From contig NIVC01004023.1 in NCBI GenBank assembly GCA_002269645.1, forward strand, positions 1 to 64,000: a stretch of 64,000 nt of DNA, given 5' to 3'. Made by a program: the position numbers and the translations under genes. Origin of the DNA: Macrostomum lignano (taxonomy: Eukaryota). Within the stretch, counting starts at the first letter, position 1; each line of letters starts with the position of its first letter. The notes under the pieces are model-generated. The model ran no database searches and was not told where the DNA came from. It was given only the letters and a program-made list of their open reading frames with translations. This document shows positions 37,146-63,600 of the stretch, one piece after another.

Positions 37146-38454
37146 AGATTGCCGCTCTAGTAATGCGGTCTTTGGTGATAATAGAATTCACTAGTCGCTA
37201 GTCAACTTACGCTCAATGAGGTTGACTAGCGCGTCGCAGACCAAATCCTGGTGAGTGCGGCGCTCACCAGCTTCGGATCGGGGTCACCAGTATCCGTGGG
37301 CTCCTTCTCAGCAGAAGGCCTTTGATTAGTCGGGAGGCAGTTGGCGGCATTCGCCGCCCTTCGCCCACCGGCTGCGGGGTCTTCCGCCACAGAGTGGCCC
37401 AATGCCCTGGAGTAGCCAGCCGCCTGGGCAGGCGGGTCCGTCTCTGCAGTTGGCCCTGTCCCGAGGGGTTGGACCCAGAAACGACGTTCCCACCCTTCTT
37501 GGACGAACTGGTGCGCCTGGGCGTCCCGCGACCTCTCGCCTCAGCTGGCTGCTCGCTGGAACAGGCCGCGCCGTCCCTGCTACCCCATCTCGATCCCACC
37601 CTTTGATAAAAGCACCACCAGTACTCCACCGTGTCTATTCTTTGATAACTGATTCCGACTTCGTTCATTAGCATTTTCAAAGCAATTTAGTTTAATGCAG
37701 AAGCAATCAGTTCAATCGGTTTTATAGCTAAATCTAGAAACTGAAGTTATATTTTATAAAATTCTGGTTTATTGCCATATACAAGTCACGCCTGAAAGAA
37801 CGCCGTGCTCAAAGCACCAACTCTCATGTTTAAAGCTTAAAATATGCGTCCGTTGGACAGCTGCAGTTTATTGTTTTGCTTAAGCTGAGGCTTTGGATAA
37901 AAAATGGGTCTTCATGCCCAAAGTATTAAGATTGTAGTATTTGATTGTAGTAACCCAGCGTTCATTGAAGGTCTTGAGAAAAAGAGCGAGAAAAAGTTAA
38001 CATTGAGTTTAGCTCAAAAATTAGTTGTACAGGCAACTGAGATTCACTTACCATAAAAAGAGGGGTCTATTTTAAGATAAACTATTACTTATTAAGGTAA
38101 CGAGCAATTACGAGCGCTTGATTCACTAAAAAATCTTTCGGAATTTTTATAGACCACTCATCGGTATGAAACACATGGTCGCTTCTTGCCTTCTCGTAAG
38201 TAAAAAATTGTTTAGATATTTTAGCATATCAGTAAAAGCAAATCAGATAGTCATTGTTTTTTCTGACTTTGCGTCAGAGTCTGATAGCTAAACAAAGCCC
38301 ATCGAGAGAAGCATTAAAGTACACAAATTGAACAGGAACTTTTCTTGATTTTGTTTGCACTGTGATAGCCTAGTTGTATCGATCGGTCACAGGACTCCTT
38401 CATAAGATATGAGCTCGACACTTTGTGCGAGCGTACATAAATTAAATTCAACAG

Positions 38455-40132
<1,678 letters not shown>

Positions 40133-40854
40133 GCGTTGAATCCGACCGAGATGCGGTCTTGAGAACTACGAGAGCTCACTGGGCTTTTAACAGCGGCACT
40201 GATTCCTTATCTTACGTAATCGCCACCGTATTTATTTAAATCTTTTTTCTTCCATGTTATTACTTTTCATTATGATTTTATTATATTATTTAATCTATCA
40301 GTGACTGTTGAAAATAGTCACTATTGTGGTTTTCATTTGGGAAATGGGATAGTAAAATAAACTATACGGTAAATCTACACGGGAATTGCTTTTGCAATAG
40401 CATTCTTGTAAAACCTTATGATTTTTAAGCTTTGTAAAACAAGGAATTCAAAGTGGCAGCACATTGCAAATGAGCAGAACGGTTCGTTCAATTTTTCCGG
40501 TCCAGCATTAAATCGATTCGCGATAATGAGAGATCGGCTACTGAAAGTAGAAAAATAGAAACTTGAACATCGGAATTTATTCGATCAGAGAAAAAAGTAT
40601 TACCACTATATTAGCTAGTTACGTGTAGAAAAAGACAAGACTAAATAGAAAGTTTCTAGCGAGGACTTAGACTTGTGCTTCAGTCTGCCAAATTAGATTT
40701 TACTCCACTTTATATAACCCATAGGCTCAAAAAAGGAGGCCGCTATATCTGGCCGCCAGAGCGCGGCGCTGCACCGCCGGTGACTCTGAGCTGGCAGTTG
40801 CACCCTTGGTACATGGGTTCTGCTGCTGCTGACGCTGCAAACGGCGAGAACTTG

Positions 40855-40925
40855 CACACTCGGCGTTTCGTCGACTGCGTTCTGGCTGAGACCGGCGCCC
40901 GCGGACTCAGACGGCGGTGTGACAT
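40855..40925 (+). mobile_element. short 3' fragment related to the LINE at 29029-30018
   Basis: CACACTCGGCGTTTCGTCGACTGC...GCGCCCG (HTRRFVDCVLAETGA) versus CTRRFVDCLLADAGA in the 29-kb element. Confidence 0.6.
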
Positions 40926-41035
40926 ACTTTCGTGTCCCTTTTTGTTTTTGTTACGCTGTGAGCTCGATATTCTTTGCTAGTCAGTAGGAGTTAATAAAAA
41001 TTCAGCATGAATGCTTGTACAACCATGCATATAAA

Positions 41036-41331
41036 GGGGTTGTAGACTAGTGGTTAGAGCGTCGGACTCACTATTGAAAGGTCGGGGGTTCGATTCCCGA
41101 TCCCACTGGAACAATTTGTGTCCTTGAGTAAGTCACTTAACTCTGCATTGCTTCAGCTCACCCAGCTGTAAAATGGGTGCCAGCATTAGCTGGGGTAATT
41201 GAAGGTGTGTGGCGACTCCCCAGTCCTTGGACTGAACAGCCGTACGCAGCCTTCAGATGCGCCGCGCCATAGCTGCGGCTGAGCTGTCGGTTGCACATCT
41301 GCCCATTAGGGCAGGTGCAATCGAAAAAAAA
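41036..41331 (+). mobile_element. tRNA-derived SINE with CORE-like central domain
   Basis: A box TAGACTAGTGG, B box GGTTCGATTCC; TGTGTCCTTGAGTAAGTCACTTAAC...CCCAGCTGTAAAATGGG resembles the CORE consensus; A-rich tail; second copy at 55262-55571. Confidence 0.85.
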
Positions 41332-41427
41332 TATGTACGGTCTGGTAAGTTAATTTAATGATGTCAGCACCGCCAAAATGGCTGATGCATCAGATGGTGT
41401 ATTTTAGTTTTGGTCCAAATTAGACCA

Positions 41428-50704
<9,277 letters not shown>

Positions 50705-51257
50705 TATTGTTGCAGAAATTCTTTCCGAAAAAGAAAATGAAATCTCAGACCAGCAAGCGGCTAACCAGTTCCCGCTGACGGAATTTATTTAGTATTATTA
50801 GGACGAAATCACCTGTTGAACAGTCGCCCTTCCCTCTCTCGCACAGGCCATTCTGCAGCTCCACTGCGTGCCTCAGCCAGCGAAATCTGGCCGAGCAGCT
50901 GCTGAGCTCCCAGTGATAACAGCAGCTCAAAGGTCGTTTTCAATACAAAGAAAAGGCATGCGCGAAGCCCCAATAGGGAGTTTTATCGGAGACACGATGC
51001 ACCGAAACACTGCCTGCTAGGGTAATTCCAACTTTGCGCAACGTGTGTGAGAATTTTGAAACAAGGCGCATGGCACCACACAATGAACTATTTCTTAGGC
51101 ATAGTAGGTTAAGGTAAGAAAGAATTGAAGCAAATGAATATTGTCTGTGTATTTTGAACTGAAGTTGAAATAAGCATGGACAAAGCTGATGGTTATTTCC
51201 TGCTTTATTTCGTTTTACATGTGCTTAGAATAAATTTACTCCTAGATGTCTATAGTC

Positions 51258-53238
51258 CAACAGACTGAAGATACACCAGACACACTGAAGATACACCAGA
51301 CACACTGAAGATACACCAGACACACTGAAGATACACCAGACACACTGAAGATACACCAGACACACTGAAGATACGCCAGAAACACGGAAGATACACCAGA
51401 CACACTGGAGATACACCAGACACACTGGAGATACACCAGACACACTGGAGATACACCAGACACACTTGAGATACACCAGACACACTGGAGATACACCAGA
51501 AACACTGAAGATACACCAGACACACGGAAGATACACCAGAAACACTGAAGATACACCAGACACACTGAAGATACACCAGACACACTGGAGGTACACCAGA
51601 AACACTGAAGATACACCAGACACACTTGAGATACACCAGAAACACTGGAGATACACCAGACACACTGAAGATACACCAGAAACACTGAAGATACACCAGA
51701 CACACTTGAGATACACCAGACACACTGGAGATACACCAGACACACTGGAGATACACCAGACACACTGGAGATACACCAGACACACTGGAGATACACCAGA
51801 AACACTGAAGATACACCAGAAACACTGAAGATACACCAGACACACTGGAGATACACCAGACACACTTGAGATACACCAGAAACACTGAAGATACACCAGA
51901 AACACTGAAGATACACCAGAAACACTGAAGATACACCAGAAACACTGAAGATACACCAGACACACTGGAGATACACCAGACACACTGAAGATACACCAGA
52001 CACACTTGAGATACACCAGACACACTGGAGATACACCAGAAACACTGAAGATACACCAGACACACGGAAGATACACCAAGACAGACTCAGACACACTGGA
52101 GATACACCAGACACACTTGAGATACACAAGACACACTGAAGATACACCAGACACACTGAAGATACGCCAGAAACACGGAAGATACACCAGACACACTGGA
52201 GATACACCAGACACACTGGAGATACACCAGACACACTGGAGATACACCAGACACACTTGAGATACACCAGACACACTGGAGATACACCAGAAACACTGAA
52301 GATACACCAGACACACGGAAGATACACCAAGACAGACTCAGACACACTGGAGATACACCAGACACACTTGAGATACACCAGACACACTTGAGATACACAA
52401 GACACACTTGAGATACACCAGAAACACTGAAGATACACCAGACACACTGAAGATACGCCAGACACACGGAACATACACCAGACACACTGGAGATACACCA
52501 GACACACTGGAGATACACCAGAAACACTGGAGATACACCAGAAACACTGAAGATACACCAGACACACTGGAGATACACCAGACACACTGGAGATACACCA
52601 GACACACTGGAGATACACCAGACACACTGGAGATACACCAGAAACACTGGAGATACACCAGAAACACTGAAGATACACCAGACACACTGGAGATACACCA
52701 GACACACTGAAGATACACCAGACACACTGGAGATACACCAGACACACTGAAGATACACCAGACACACTGGAGATACACCAGACACACTGAAGATACACCA
52801 GACACACTGGAGATACGCCAGAAACACGGAAGATACACCAGACACACTGGAGATACACCAGACACACTGGAGATACACCAGACACACTGGAGATACACCA
52901 GACACACTGGAGATACACCAGAAACACTGAAGATACACCAGAAACACTGAAGATACACCAGAAACACTGAAGATACACCAGACACACTTGAGATACACCA
53001 GACACACTGGAGATACACCAGACACACTTGAGATACACCAGACACACTGGAGATACACCAGACACACTTGAGATACACCAGAAACACTGAAGATACACCA
53101 GACACACTTGAGATACACCAGACACACTGAAGATACACTAGACACACTGAAGATACACCAGACACACTGAAGATACACCAGACACACTGAAGATACACCA
53201 GACACACTGAAGATACACCAGACAGACTGAAGATACAC
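51258..53238. repeat. 20-bp minisatellite (GATACACCAGACACACTG[A/G]A)n, ~100 copies
   Basis: Direct. Confidence 0.97.
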
Positions 53239-54633
53239 CGAAAAGCATACTAGAAACGCAGCAAGCGGCCTCAAGACACATACAATACCGAAGCAACAAT
53301 GTACCTCAACCATTGGCCCAATATTTATGAGCACGAGGCCTCAGTATAATTTCTTATTAGAATTTATTAAATGATGAAAAGCCGAGGAAAAAGATGAGTA
53401 TTAAATTATTTGATAAGTTATTGCACTAATATAATCAGCATTTGTTATATGCATCTTATCCAATCAAGCAAATACAGCGGCTCATGACACGCAATCCGAA
53501 TAAAATTCTCATACTTTTTTCACAGGAAAAAGCAGAACAAACCAAAAAACCAGAGAGTCAGCAAATGAATTTTAGTCACGAAGCTGATATGGAGAGCGGA
53601 GATGCTGTGTACAATAATTCGAAACTTTTTTTATTATAATGAGTAGACAGACAGTTAGGAAAGGCGGCCGGATATGGGAATAGCGACACCCCAACCCAGT
53701 AACCCTTGGGCTTAAGAGACAGTGGAGTGTGTTAATCAAACCCACACCAGCAAATTGCATCGCAAGCAAAGAGATGATTGGTGAATACGGTAAGAAAAGT
53801 AATTTATAAGTACATTAATCCAATTAAATTGAAGCGAGTAAAAAAAGCAGTTATTTTTAGGCTCACGGACATGCGTTTATCATGATAGAATTATGTACAC
53901 AAACCAAAATCGGAAACACAACCCACTGATTAAACATTCTAGCAATGAAAAGTTAGGCAACAGCAGACGCTCTTTAAAAAATAAACCTTTATTCATTAAT
54001 TAGCAAAGCTATTGATATACGCAGGACAATATTGATGGGAAGCAAAATGGGTGAAAATTGGATTTATTGTCATAGTAATACTTACTCTCTCACGCGAGAG
54101 GCTTTTGCACACGTTTCTTACAAGTGAACTATTAATATTATGCAATTTTCTACTGGACAACTTGGCTATTTGGCATCGCAGCTCACTGGGTAAGCCGTGT
54201 TGCATAAAAATTACGCGCTCCTAAGTTCTATTCAAGGGCCAGATGAAAAAAAGGAGAGGGACAGAGAAGCGAGCTGAGCAGAGTCACAAACCTTGATCGG
54301 GCCGGATTGCTATTGTGAAGCTTCAAAGGACCCGAGTGCCGGATTTTGCAACCCCCTAAAAGTGTAAAAGGAAGGACGTAAATCTCAAAAACATTCCTAA
54401 GTTTACTTTGCCCTGCAGTGTTTCACTAAATTGTCTAATTTCTTATTGATTCTGGTCTATACCAGAAGTATTTTCCGTAAATTCAACTGCTTAGAAGTCT
54501 TAGATGCTTACTGAGACAAGAAGATGCGAAAATTGACCAATTATTGTGCTAGAACAAGACTTCGAAAGCAGGATTTGGGAGTGCCTGGTGAGGAGCCTCC
54601 TTTATTAATCAGCTGCCCACGATAGCCAAGCAA

Positions 54634-57600
54634 TCATGCGGGATCGCGCACCACCAGCATAGTCAAATCTCCAGTCGCCGACTTCAGCACTGACACGGCC
54701 TCTTCGTGCGTGACGCCGTCAAACTTGCGCCCGTTGACAGCCTCGATGCGATCGCCTTTGAGGAGGCGGCCCCGGGCGAGGCCGGACTCGGCGACGGTCT
54801 TCACGTAGATGGGGAAGTCGCCGCACGGCGATCCGATGCCGCCGACGATGCTGAAGCCCAGCGGCTGCTGCTGGCCGGCCGGGCGGCTCAGGCGCACAAA
54901 CAGGCGGCCAACCGGCTGCTCCTCGCTGCGTCGGAGCTCCAGCTGGACGACTGGCTGCGACTGTTGCAGCTCCGCAGAGCTGAGCAGAGCCAGCGTCTGC
55001 GACAAGGGCCGGCCCTCCACCGACTGACCGTTCACGCTCAGCAGCTCGTCGTCCACCTGTCAATAGTCAGGTTAGGTGAGTACAAAAAAAAATGATCTAA
55101 GCTAGAACATAAATAGGACCTTTATTTTCCAACGTGATAGAGCTCTGCTTTTTGCTCATGCTTAAATTGTTAACATTGTTAACAACCTCGGAAGGGACCG
55201 AGGAGCACCCGGTCAATCTCGATAGGCACAGCTTAGTGGTTAGTTGTAACTAATTGGAGAGTTTTTACTACACCTGCCCCAATCGGACCAGATGTGCAAC
55301 CGACAGCTCAGCCGCAGCTATTGCGCGGCGCATCTGAAGGCTGCGTACGGCTGTTCAGTCCAAGGACTGGGGGGTCGCCACACAACACCGTCAATTACCC
55401 CAGCTAATGCTGGCACCCATTTTACAGCTAGGAGAACTGAAGCAATGCAGAGTTACTCGTAAGTGTCTTGCTCAAGGGGACACAAATTTGTTCCAAGTGG
55501 GATCGGGAATCGAACCCCATGCAGACCTTTCAGTCGTGAGTCCGACGCTCTAACCACAAGGCTACAGCCCACTAGGCTAATTCCAGAGCAGTTGTCTTCA
55601 CTTGAGAGGAGCCATTGCAGCCGTTATGCGATGCCTCTAAACCGTTTCAGTAATACCCTCAAGTCTAGCCAGACCCCGTTCAGCTGACTAGGCCTGTAGA
55701 CCAATGGTCCCTGCACAGCCCTTGGACATTAAATCATACCCCTACTATTTCGTACCCGGATCTTTCCAGACTTTGCCGCTGGTCCCTTGGGCGTCAGCCG
55801 TTCAACAAAGGCGCCGCCGCCAACCTCCGGAACGTCGCCACCTGGTGGCAGCAGTTGAACGCCAGGACTGCCAGCCAGCTCCCAACCGAAGCCGGTGCGG
55901 TCAGCCGAACTGGTGGAGCCTCGCTTCAGATTCACTTCGAACACTGTCGAGTTCACTGCGGTTGAGAGGGCAAATGAGACATCCAAGGGATGATATTATA
56001 CAGCATTTACAAGCATAAATATATTTATATACCTATCAGCTCAATATCAGATGTTGCAGAAATTTTATTGTGTTTAATAAAAATATGGAACTAACGTTTT
56101 CTACCGTCTCTATTTAAAATCCAAACTCACTATTGTAAAAGATTACAAAAGCTTTTGTAATTTGGACTCCTGCATGAAACTGAGCAATGGAAAAGAACTG
56201 CAATTCTGGTATTAAAATTTTTCGCATATTCAAGCACCACAAGCTTGGTTGGGGATATGCAAGCTTTCCACGGGCCGAGCTTAAAAGCGCATTTGCTTTG
56301 CAATTTTTTGTAATAAAATTAACGCGAAGCGATGCTTGCGAGTTGGAAATAAAAAAATATTAAGCCGTCAAGACTTTGCTTAACTGTTTTTTTGATTTGC
56401 TGTTGATAGTAAATGACGCTTCAGGAGGGAGTAAAACAAGTACTTCGAAGTAGTTCTATTTGTGCCAAAAAACGTTACAGTTTGGGCAACAAAAGTATGT
56501 CATAACAGTTGTTGGGCTACACAAAAACAAAATTAGGCGGGAATGTGCAGACTCGAAGGCAATCGTGTCAACTCATAGAGCAAATGGTGCAGCTACGGCA
56601 GATACGTCTACTGCGTTTTCGAATATCTGTGTAAAGAAAAATTGACGGAAGGAAGCGAATCGTTTAAGCTGTTTTGTGCGTAGTTGCATGCTATAAGCAA
56701 TAGCAATACAATAAACAGATCTCCAGCTGTCTAATCAATAACACCAACCCGCAATCAACAACACCCACACTCCACGATACCCACCTCACTCCACGACACC
56801 CACCTCACTCCACGATACCCACCTCACTCCACGACACCCACCTCACTCCACGACACCCACCTCACTCCACGACACCCACCTCACTCCACGACACCCACCT
56901 CACTCCACGACACCCACCTCACTCCACGACACCCACCTCACTCCACGACACCCACCTCACTTCACGACACCAACCCCACTCCACGACGCCATACTCAACT
57001 TCACGACACCCACCTCACTTCACGACACCAACCCCAATCCACGATGCCAAACTCACTCCACGACACCCACCTCACTCCACGATACCAACCCCAATCCACG
57101 ATGCCAAACTCACTTCACGACAACCACCTCACTACACGACACCTAAATTACTCCATTCACGATATTAACAATGTCCAAGTATCTCAGTCTAATAGCCCCG
57201 GAATGCAGACAATGCATGTTAGTCCCTATTAATACTACGCTCGTATCAATCAACGTAGAATGCAGTCTTTAGAACCAATAAGAAATGCTGACGGTGCAGA
57301 TACTCAACTAAAGGGGGGTTAGCAAAAATGAGTGCAGATTAAGCGGGCCCGCGCTCATACGAAGGGGTGGCGGAGTTGGCACACAACGAGCAGGCTTCGA
57401 GCACAACAGCAGCGCCTAAATATAGCATAAATACCAATTAGTTAAAACAGATAGAAAATAAATGTAAAAGCTACAATCACAGCCGGCCTACCCAGACGGC
57501 AGTGCAAAGGAGATCGACTCGCATCTCTCAACGTCGAACCTCGATTCTCGCCTCAGTGACAGATTATCTTTTCAGTCCAGATACGTCAAGTTTTCCCGGT

Positions 57601-60600
57601 TTGTTAAAATTGATACAATTTTATTATACTGCTCGTAATACTTTTTTGAATCTGAGAGCTAGAAGTTTGATTTCGATTGAAGCGGTATTGTGTGAGCACT
57701 AGCTAAATGAATGGGCGGTGCCTGGGGCTGGTGCCCGGTGTTTCAGAATTTGTGAGAAGCCTCAGAGTCCACCTGGATTAAATGAAAATGTGCAATTTAA
57801 TTAATTTGATTTTTGCTTCTGTTTTGTTATAAATTGATTAGAATTTTGATTTATTGATTGCATTCTGACTGGTTGACCCTTAAAATTCAATTTTAAATGA
57901 TTGGATCCTTGAGAAATTTTATTTTAAGCTGCCAATTTTAAATTGCCTACAGGCGCGTTTTTTTATTGTCAAGATAAGGCCAGAGAAAGCTATTCATAAA
58001 TACTGACAAGTCGGATTCAAAACAATTTTTCAAGACATTTCAGTAAGTCGCAGATTCTTAAGCCCCTTGTATCTTGATATTTAAACAAATATTCAAAATT
58101 GACTTGAGGCATGAATAGCAGAAAATAAGTAGAAAATTTAATATCTGTTTTTCGACTTCCCCAAGCGATATTGGCTTGAAAACTCAGAACTGAAGCGATT
58201 TCGAACGAAGCCAAGGAAGTGAACTCAACCAGAGAAAAAATTAGCGTAACACAAGTGCTGGCGTCAGAAATTCACTCCAAGTGCAGTGACGACCTTTCGT
58301 CATTTTGAATCCTTTGGAACAAAATACTGAAAAGGAGTTTCTATCTAAACAATAACTTTCCGGTAGTCTGGTTAAATTCATAAAGGAATACACAGTCACT
58401 GCTTGCACATCCCGCAACCGCTGCTAAACTTTCTGTATAAACATTTCAATTTCAAAATAAACTGTCAACAATCAAGTCAAATGGTGAAGCTTCACTCACC
58501 GCACTTGCGCTTAGACTTTGCGCTGGTGCCAACGTGTTTCAGACGGCCAATTAGGAAGCTGACTTTGCCCTGCGATGAGGACTGTAATGATGAAGTGAGC
58601 GCGGTATGAAGTCACGTATTTTAAAAGTTACGTAAAAGCACATTTTAATGTAGAAAGAAAAGGTTTACCTTAAGCATCGCCGCCACCTCAGAATGAGGAG
58701 TCTTGCGCACGTCGATGCCGTTGATCTCGAGAATTCTGTCGCCAGGCTGCAGTCGGTTGTCGCTCTCCGCTGCCCCGCCTTTGATCTGTGCGTCGATAGG
58801 GGAATGAGAGCTTTGTAAACTGAATAAGATTATGTAGCATCGCCAAATTGAGGATCAATAGCTTCATCAAACCATCCAGCAGAAGCTCTTTAATTTCATC
58901 CTGCAAGCGGCACTGGCAGCACTCACAATGTCCGACACTTGCACGCCCTCGTCGCGTGATCGGGCCACAATGCTGAAGCCGAGGCCCCGGCCGGGCTTGC
59001 GCACCAGCTCCAGCCTGTGCAGCTCGTACAGGTCGGCCTCTGATACGGACTTTTCGTCTCGACGCACTCGCAGACGGACGCGCGGCCCAGCCTGCAGAAT
59101 GGCCGACTTAGCCTCGTCGTGGGTGACTCTAGCCAGGGACCGATCGCCCACGGCCACAATCTGATCGCCCGACCGGAGTCGGCCGTCGATGCCAGCTGCA
59201 CCGGCTTCATAAACTTCGTGTATGATTATAGAGCTCTGTGCGAATTGGCGAGGGAAATAAATAGTAGTCAGTAATGATGACTGGCTACTTCCAGATTTCT
59301 GGACTCCATCTCACCGCTGCCACCAGCCATTTTTTATTTAAACTATTTAAGTTTGAAGACCCGCGCCGTCTTCACTCCACGACACCCACCACACTCCACG
59401 ACACCAACCCCATTCCACGACATCCACCTCACTCCACGACACCCACCTCACTCACATCCACCTCACTCACATCCACCTCACTCACATCCACCTCACTCCA
59501 TGACACCCACCTCACTCAACAACACCCACCTCACTCCACGACACCCACCTCACTCAGCGACACCCACCCAACTCCATGAAACCCACCTCACTCCACGACC
59601 ACCACCCATTCCACGACGATGTTAGACAGTTTCCATATTTTTTCACATTTTGATGTTTAGAAATGACAGAAAAATCGAGATAAAAATGTCAAAATGTCTA
59701 TTAAAACACTTTAATTTGTGCAAGTCTAGCAAAGTGAATTAGGAGACTGATCGAATCTATAAATAATCTATGCTAGGCAAGCGAGAATCGGCGAGAGCTT
59801 TGAAGCTCCTCTTCTATACGTTTAAAGTCATCTCTGTTTTATCCGCAGCCCCGAGGCATCTCACACTTTGAGATCCAGATCGGGGACACGAATTAACAAA
59901 GCTAATTTTCTGTTGGCACTGAGTGGCTCAGATCGAATCAGTTAGGCTAGAGAGAGAGCCCGACCTTGGCGCTGCCTTGACTTGTTCCCACAGATCGCTT
60001 TGATGTAAGCTGCTGGGCTGCTGCGCGAGCGGACACTCAGTCCGTGCATGCTTTGCCTCAGTTTTTGCCCCCCCCCCGGGATGACCTGTCAAATGCAGCA
60101 AAGCAGAAGAGGCATGGAGGCCGGGTCTCCTGCATGGCCCTCTTCACCTAAACTTAAGTAGTTTTTCGCCGCTCCCGTCTCAGGGAGCAGGGATGAAGTA
60201 TGAATAATCATAGCATTCAAGTAGCACCGAGTGTGGGGAAAGAAATCAAGAGGAAAGCCGATCGGGAGCTTGGCACGCAGGCGGGAAGGTCAGCTAACGG
60301 ATTAGGGACAGGGCAGGAGAAAGGCGGAACTGGCTCAGATGAGACATGAACTCCTCGCGGCAGTGTCTTTACGCTTGCTCACCCGAGATCGATAATAAAC
60401 CTGCTCACGTTGGCCGCCTAGAAAGGCAGCGAAATTCAGTGCAACCTGTCAGTAATCTGGGAGTTCTCGAGACTGTCGTAAATTTACAGGCGTCTTATAA
60501 CTTGCCCACCTTGCCAATGCCTGAAGCGACTGTAGGTAAGAATATGGACGAGCACTTATGCAAGATGAAACCACTCAGGGAATTTTACTAACTAATGGCA

Positions 60601-63600
60601 TTGTATCGGATGCGATGATTGCTGATACGTCTTTGTATAAATCTTTTATTTTAAAGGTAGGTAACTGCCTCCACCTCCATCAGCTCGGATGCTAATTAGC
60701 AAACGGCTTAAATTCGATTAGCTCGTAAGAATCTCGAAAGCAAAGCCTTTTAATTAATGCATTAACCGAAAGATTAGAGGAAGACTTATCTCGTGGGATA
60801 ACTATCTCAATAGTGATTAGACTACGAGCAGTAGACGCGGAATAACTTTCCCCATCGTGCTCACGTGTGTCTACTCAGATTCCTTCTGGTTTCAATATCG
60901 GATGGAAAAACGGACGGCTGCTCAGCGGCGGTGCGGAGAGGAAAATAATTGAGAAACGGCCCAGGACTAGGTCGTGCCCCTATGTCCAAGGTTGAAGCAA
61001 GCCTGCTGATATGACCGACTCAGAGCTCCGTTCCGTGCTGCCTGGCGTCCTCTTACCCTCCGCTGGGCACTTCTAAACCTCTCAAGCCTGGGGAGAAATG
61101 AATTCAGCCCCTGCCAGCCCGGGAAAGAAGAAAGAGTAAAGCAGAAGAAAGAAGCTGGAAAGACTCGAAAAAGAGGAGGTTGCGATGAGGAAGAGATGGA
61201 GGAGCAACGAAGGGGGCCATGGCTGGGGCTTAAATTCGAGTCCGTGATTAAGGATGGGATAGGGGAAGGCTGATACGAATGCCTGCTATAGCGGCATTTC
61301 TCCACGTTTCTCCTGCCCCTTTCACAATGTGGGGCATCACCTTGCAGGAACTAGCAGAGCCAACAGAACCTACCTATGATCGGGAATTTGATCAACTGGC
61401 AACCACGAGAGCCTGCACTTTTCGCTATTCTGTCCTAGCTTTCACCTAGCTCTCAGGTAACAGAGGGTGCGGTCAGAACTGCCCAGGATGCTCACCAGTG
61501 CTGTATCGCTGCCGCCAACAATGCTGACTCCGAGGCTGCTGTCGCCTTTGTTGATCTCTATAACCGTCTCCCTGCCCACCTGGATTTCGCAGGTGCCGGG
61601 ATTCGGTGCTGGGCCTGACGAGCCAGCCAGCAACTCTTCGCCTGCGGCCGAACCCGCCGTTGCCGCCGAGGCTGGGACGCTGGAGCCGCCGCCGCTGCCG
61701 CCGCTGAAGCTGGGGCCGGTGACAACGCTGTCGAGGAGACTTGCGGCTGGCCGTCAGTTCGGCCGGTTCTAACCATTGTTTTTGCTGCTTCTGTTGCTGC
61801 TGCCGCTGCTATTGCAGGAGACGCTTCTGCTTTCGGCTCAGGCTGCTGTTGCTGCTTGCCTGTGGGAAGCAAAATATTGATATACTTTTGGAGTCGAATC
61901 TGCAACTCTCGAGCAGCCAATGGGACAATGGCTCAGCGGAGACCTTGATGGATCACGTTGGCGTAGGGAGGCAACTGAGGACACCGTTTCATTGGCTGAC
62001 AGAGCACTGCGACATCTACAGTGAGGCCCCAATGCAGCTCGTTCATCCATTTGGGATGGTCTTCAGATCCGGGTCGGGGGTGGGAAAGAACCGCTTCTAA
62101 TTCTCCAGAAATTGTGCTTCGTTCGTTAGAGAGCACGATTGAAAAGTCGCCGTGTCCAACAGGAAGGAAGGAGCGATGGCCCCCGGCAACTGAAAAGAGA
62201 GTAAAGAAGAGAGCGGAAGAGCGGACGGACGGACGGACCGACGGACGGACGGACCGACGGACGGACGGACGTGGGATGAAGAGAGGCGGCGGGAAGCTGG
62301 GAGAGCCTCCTTAATCCTGTGCCGTGAAGCGAACCTGCGCGCATAGGCCCGACAACACTCGAACTGTTTTTCTTGCCATCTCGCTTCATTCCATCTCGCC
62401 CTCCCCGCCGCGCTTTGCAGCGTCAAACCACCCGCCGCGTACCGTCGCCGCGGTTTGACCACCGACCGGCGCGTTCTTCCACTTCAGTTCACGGGCGTTT
62501 CCCGTCCGTCGAAACCCCGGCTGCTCTGCCAGCCTGGCCAGGCCCCCCTTCCTGTCACAGCCCGTGTCCGGGATCCGCGGCAGGCAAACAGTACAGAAAA
62601 CTGCTGTACGCAAGTTTCTCGCAGGCAGACATTTCCTATTCATATAAACGTTAATTAGTTTCAATAGAGCGTGCAGGGAGCTGTTTTTAAGAGTGGACAG
62701 ATGGATGGACGGCTAGATGAAAAACAGACGATTTAGATGGACAGACTGACCGACAGACACTAGGACAGACATTAGGACAGACACTAAGACAGACACTAAG
62801 ATAGACACTAAGACAGACACTAAGACAGACACTAAGACAGACACTAGGACAGACACGAGGACAGACATTAGGACAGACACTAAGGTAGACACTAAGACAG
62901 ACACTAAGACAGACACTAAGACAGACACGAGGACAGACACGAGGACAGACATTAGGACAGACACTAAGGTAGACACTAAGGTAGACAATAGGACAGACAC
63001 TAGGACAGACAATAGGACAGACACTAGGACAGACAATAGGACAGACACTAAGACAGACACTAGGACAGACACTAGGACAGACACTAGGACAGACACTAGG
63101 ACAGACACTAGGACAGACACGAGGACAGACATTAGGACAGACACTAAGGTAGACACTAAGGTAGACAATAGGACAGACACTAGGACAGATACTGAAACAG
63201 ACACTAAGACAGACACTAGGACAGACACTAGGACAGACAATAGGACAGACAATAGGACAGACACTAGGACAGACAATAGGACAGACACTAGGACAGACAA
63301 TAGGACAGACACTAAGACAGACAATAGGACAGACACTAGGACAGACAATAGGACAGACACTAAGACAGACAATAGGACAGACACTAGGACAGACAATAGG
63401 ACAGACACTAAGACAGACAATAGGACAGACACTAGGACAGACAATAGGACAGTTATTAACACAGCAAGCTCACCGTCGATTACGTCGCTCTTCGTCGTGG
63501 CCAATCGAACCTCCTTCTTCACTGTCGCTGCCGCCGCCGCTGCCGCCGCGGCAGCCGCAGCTGTCGCCGGATCATTTTTTCGACCAACGGTGATTCTGAC

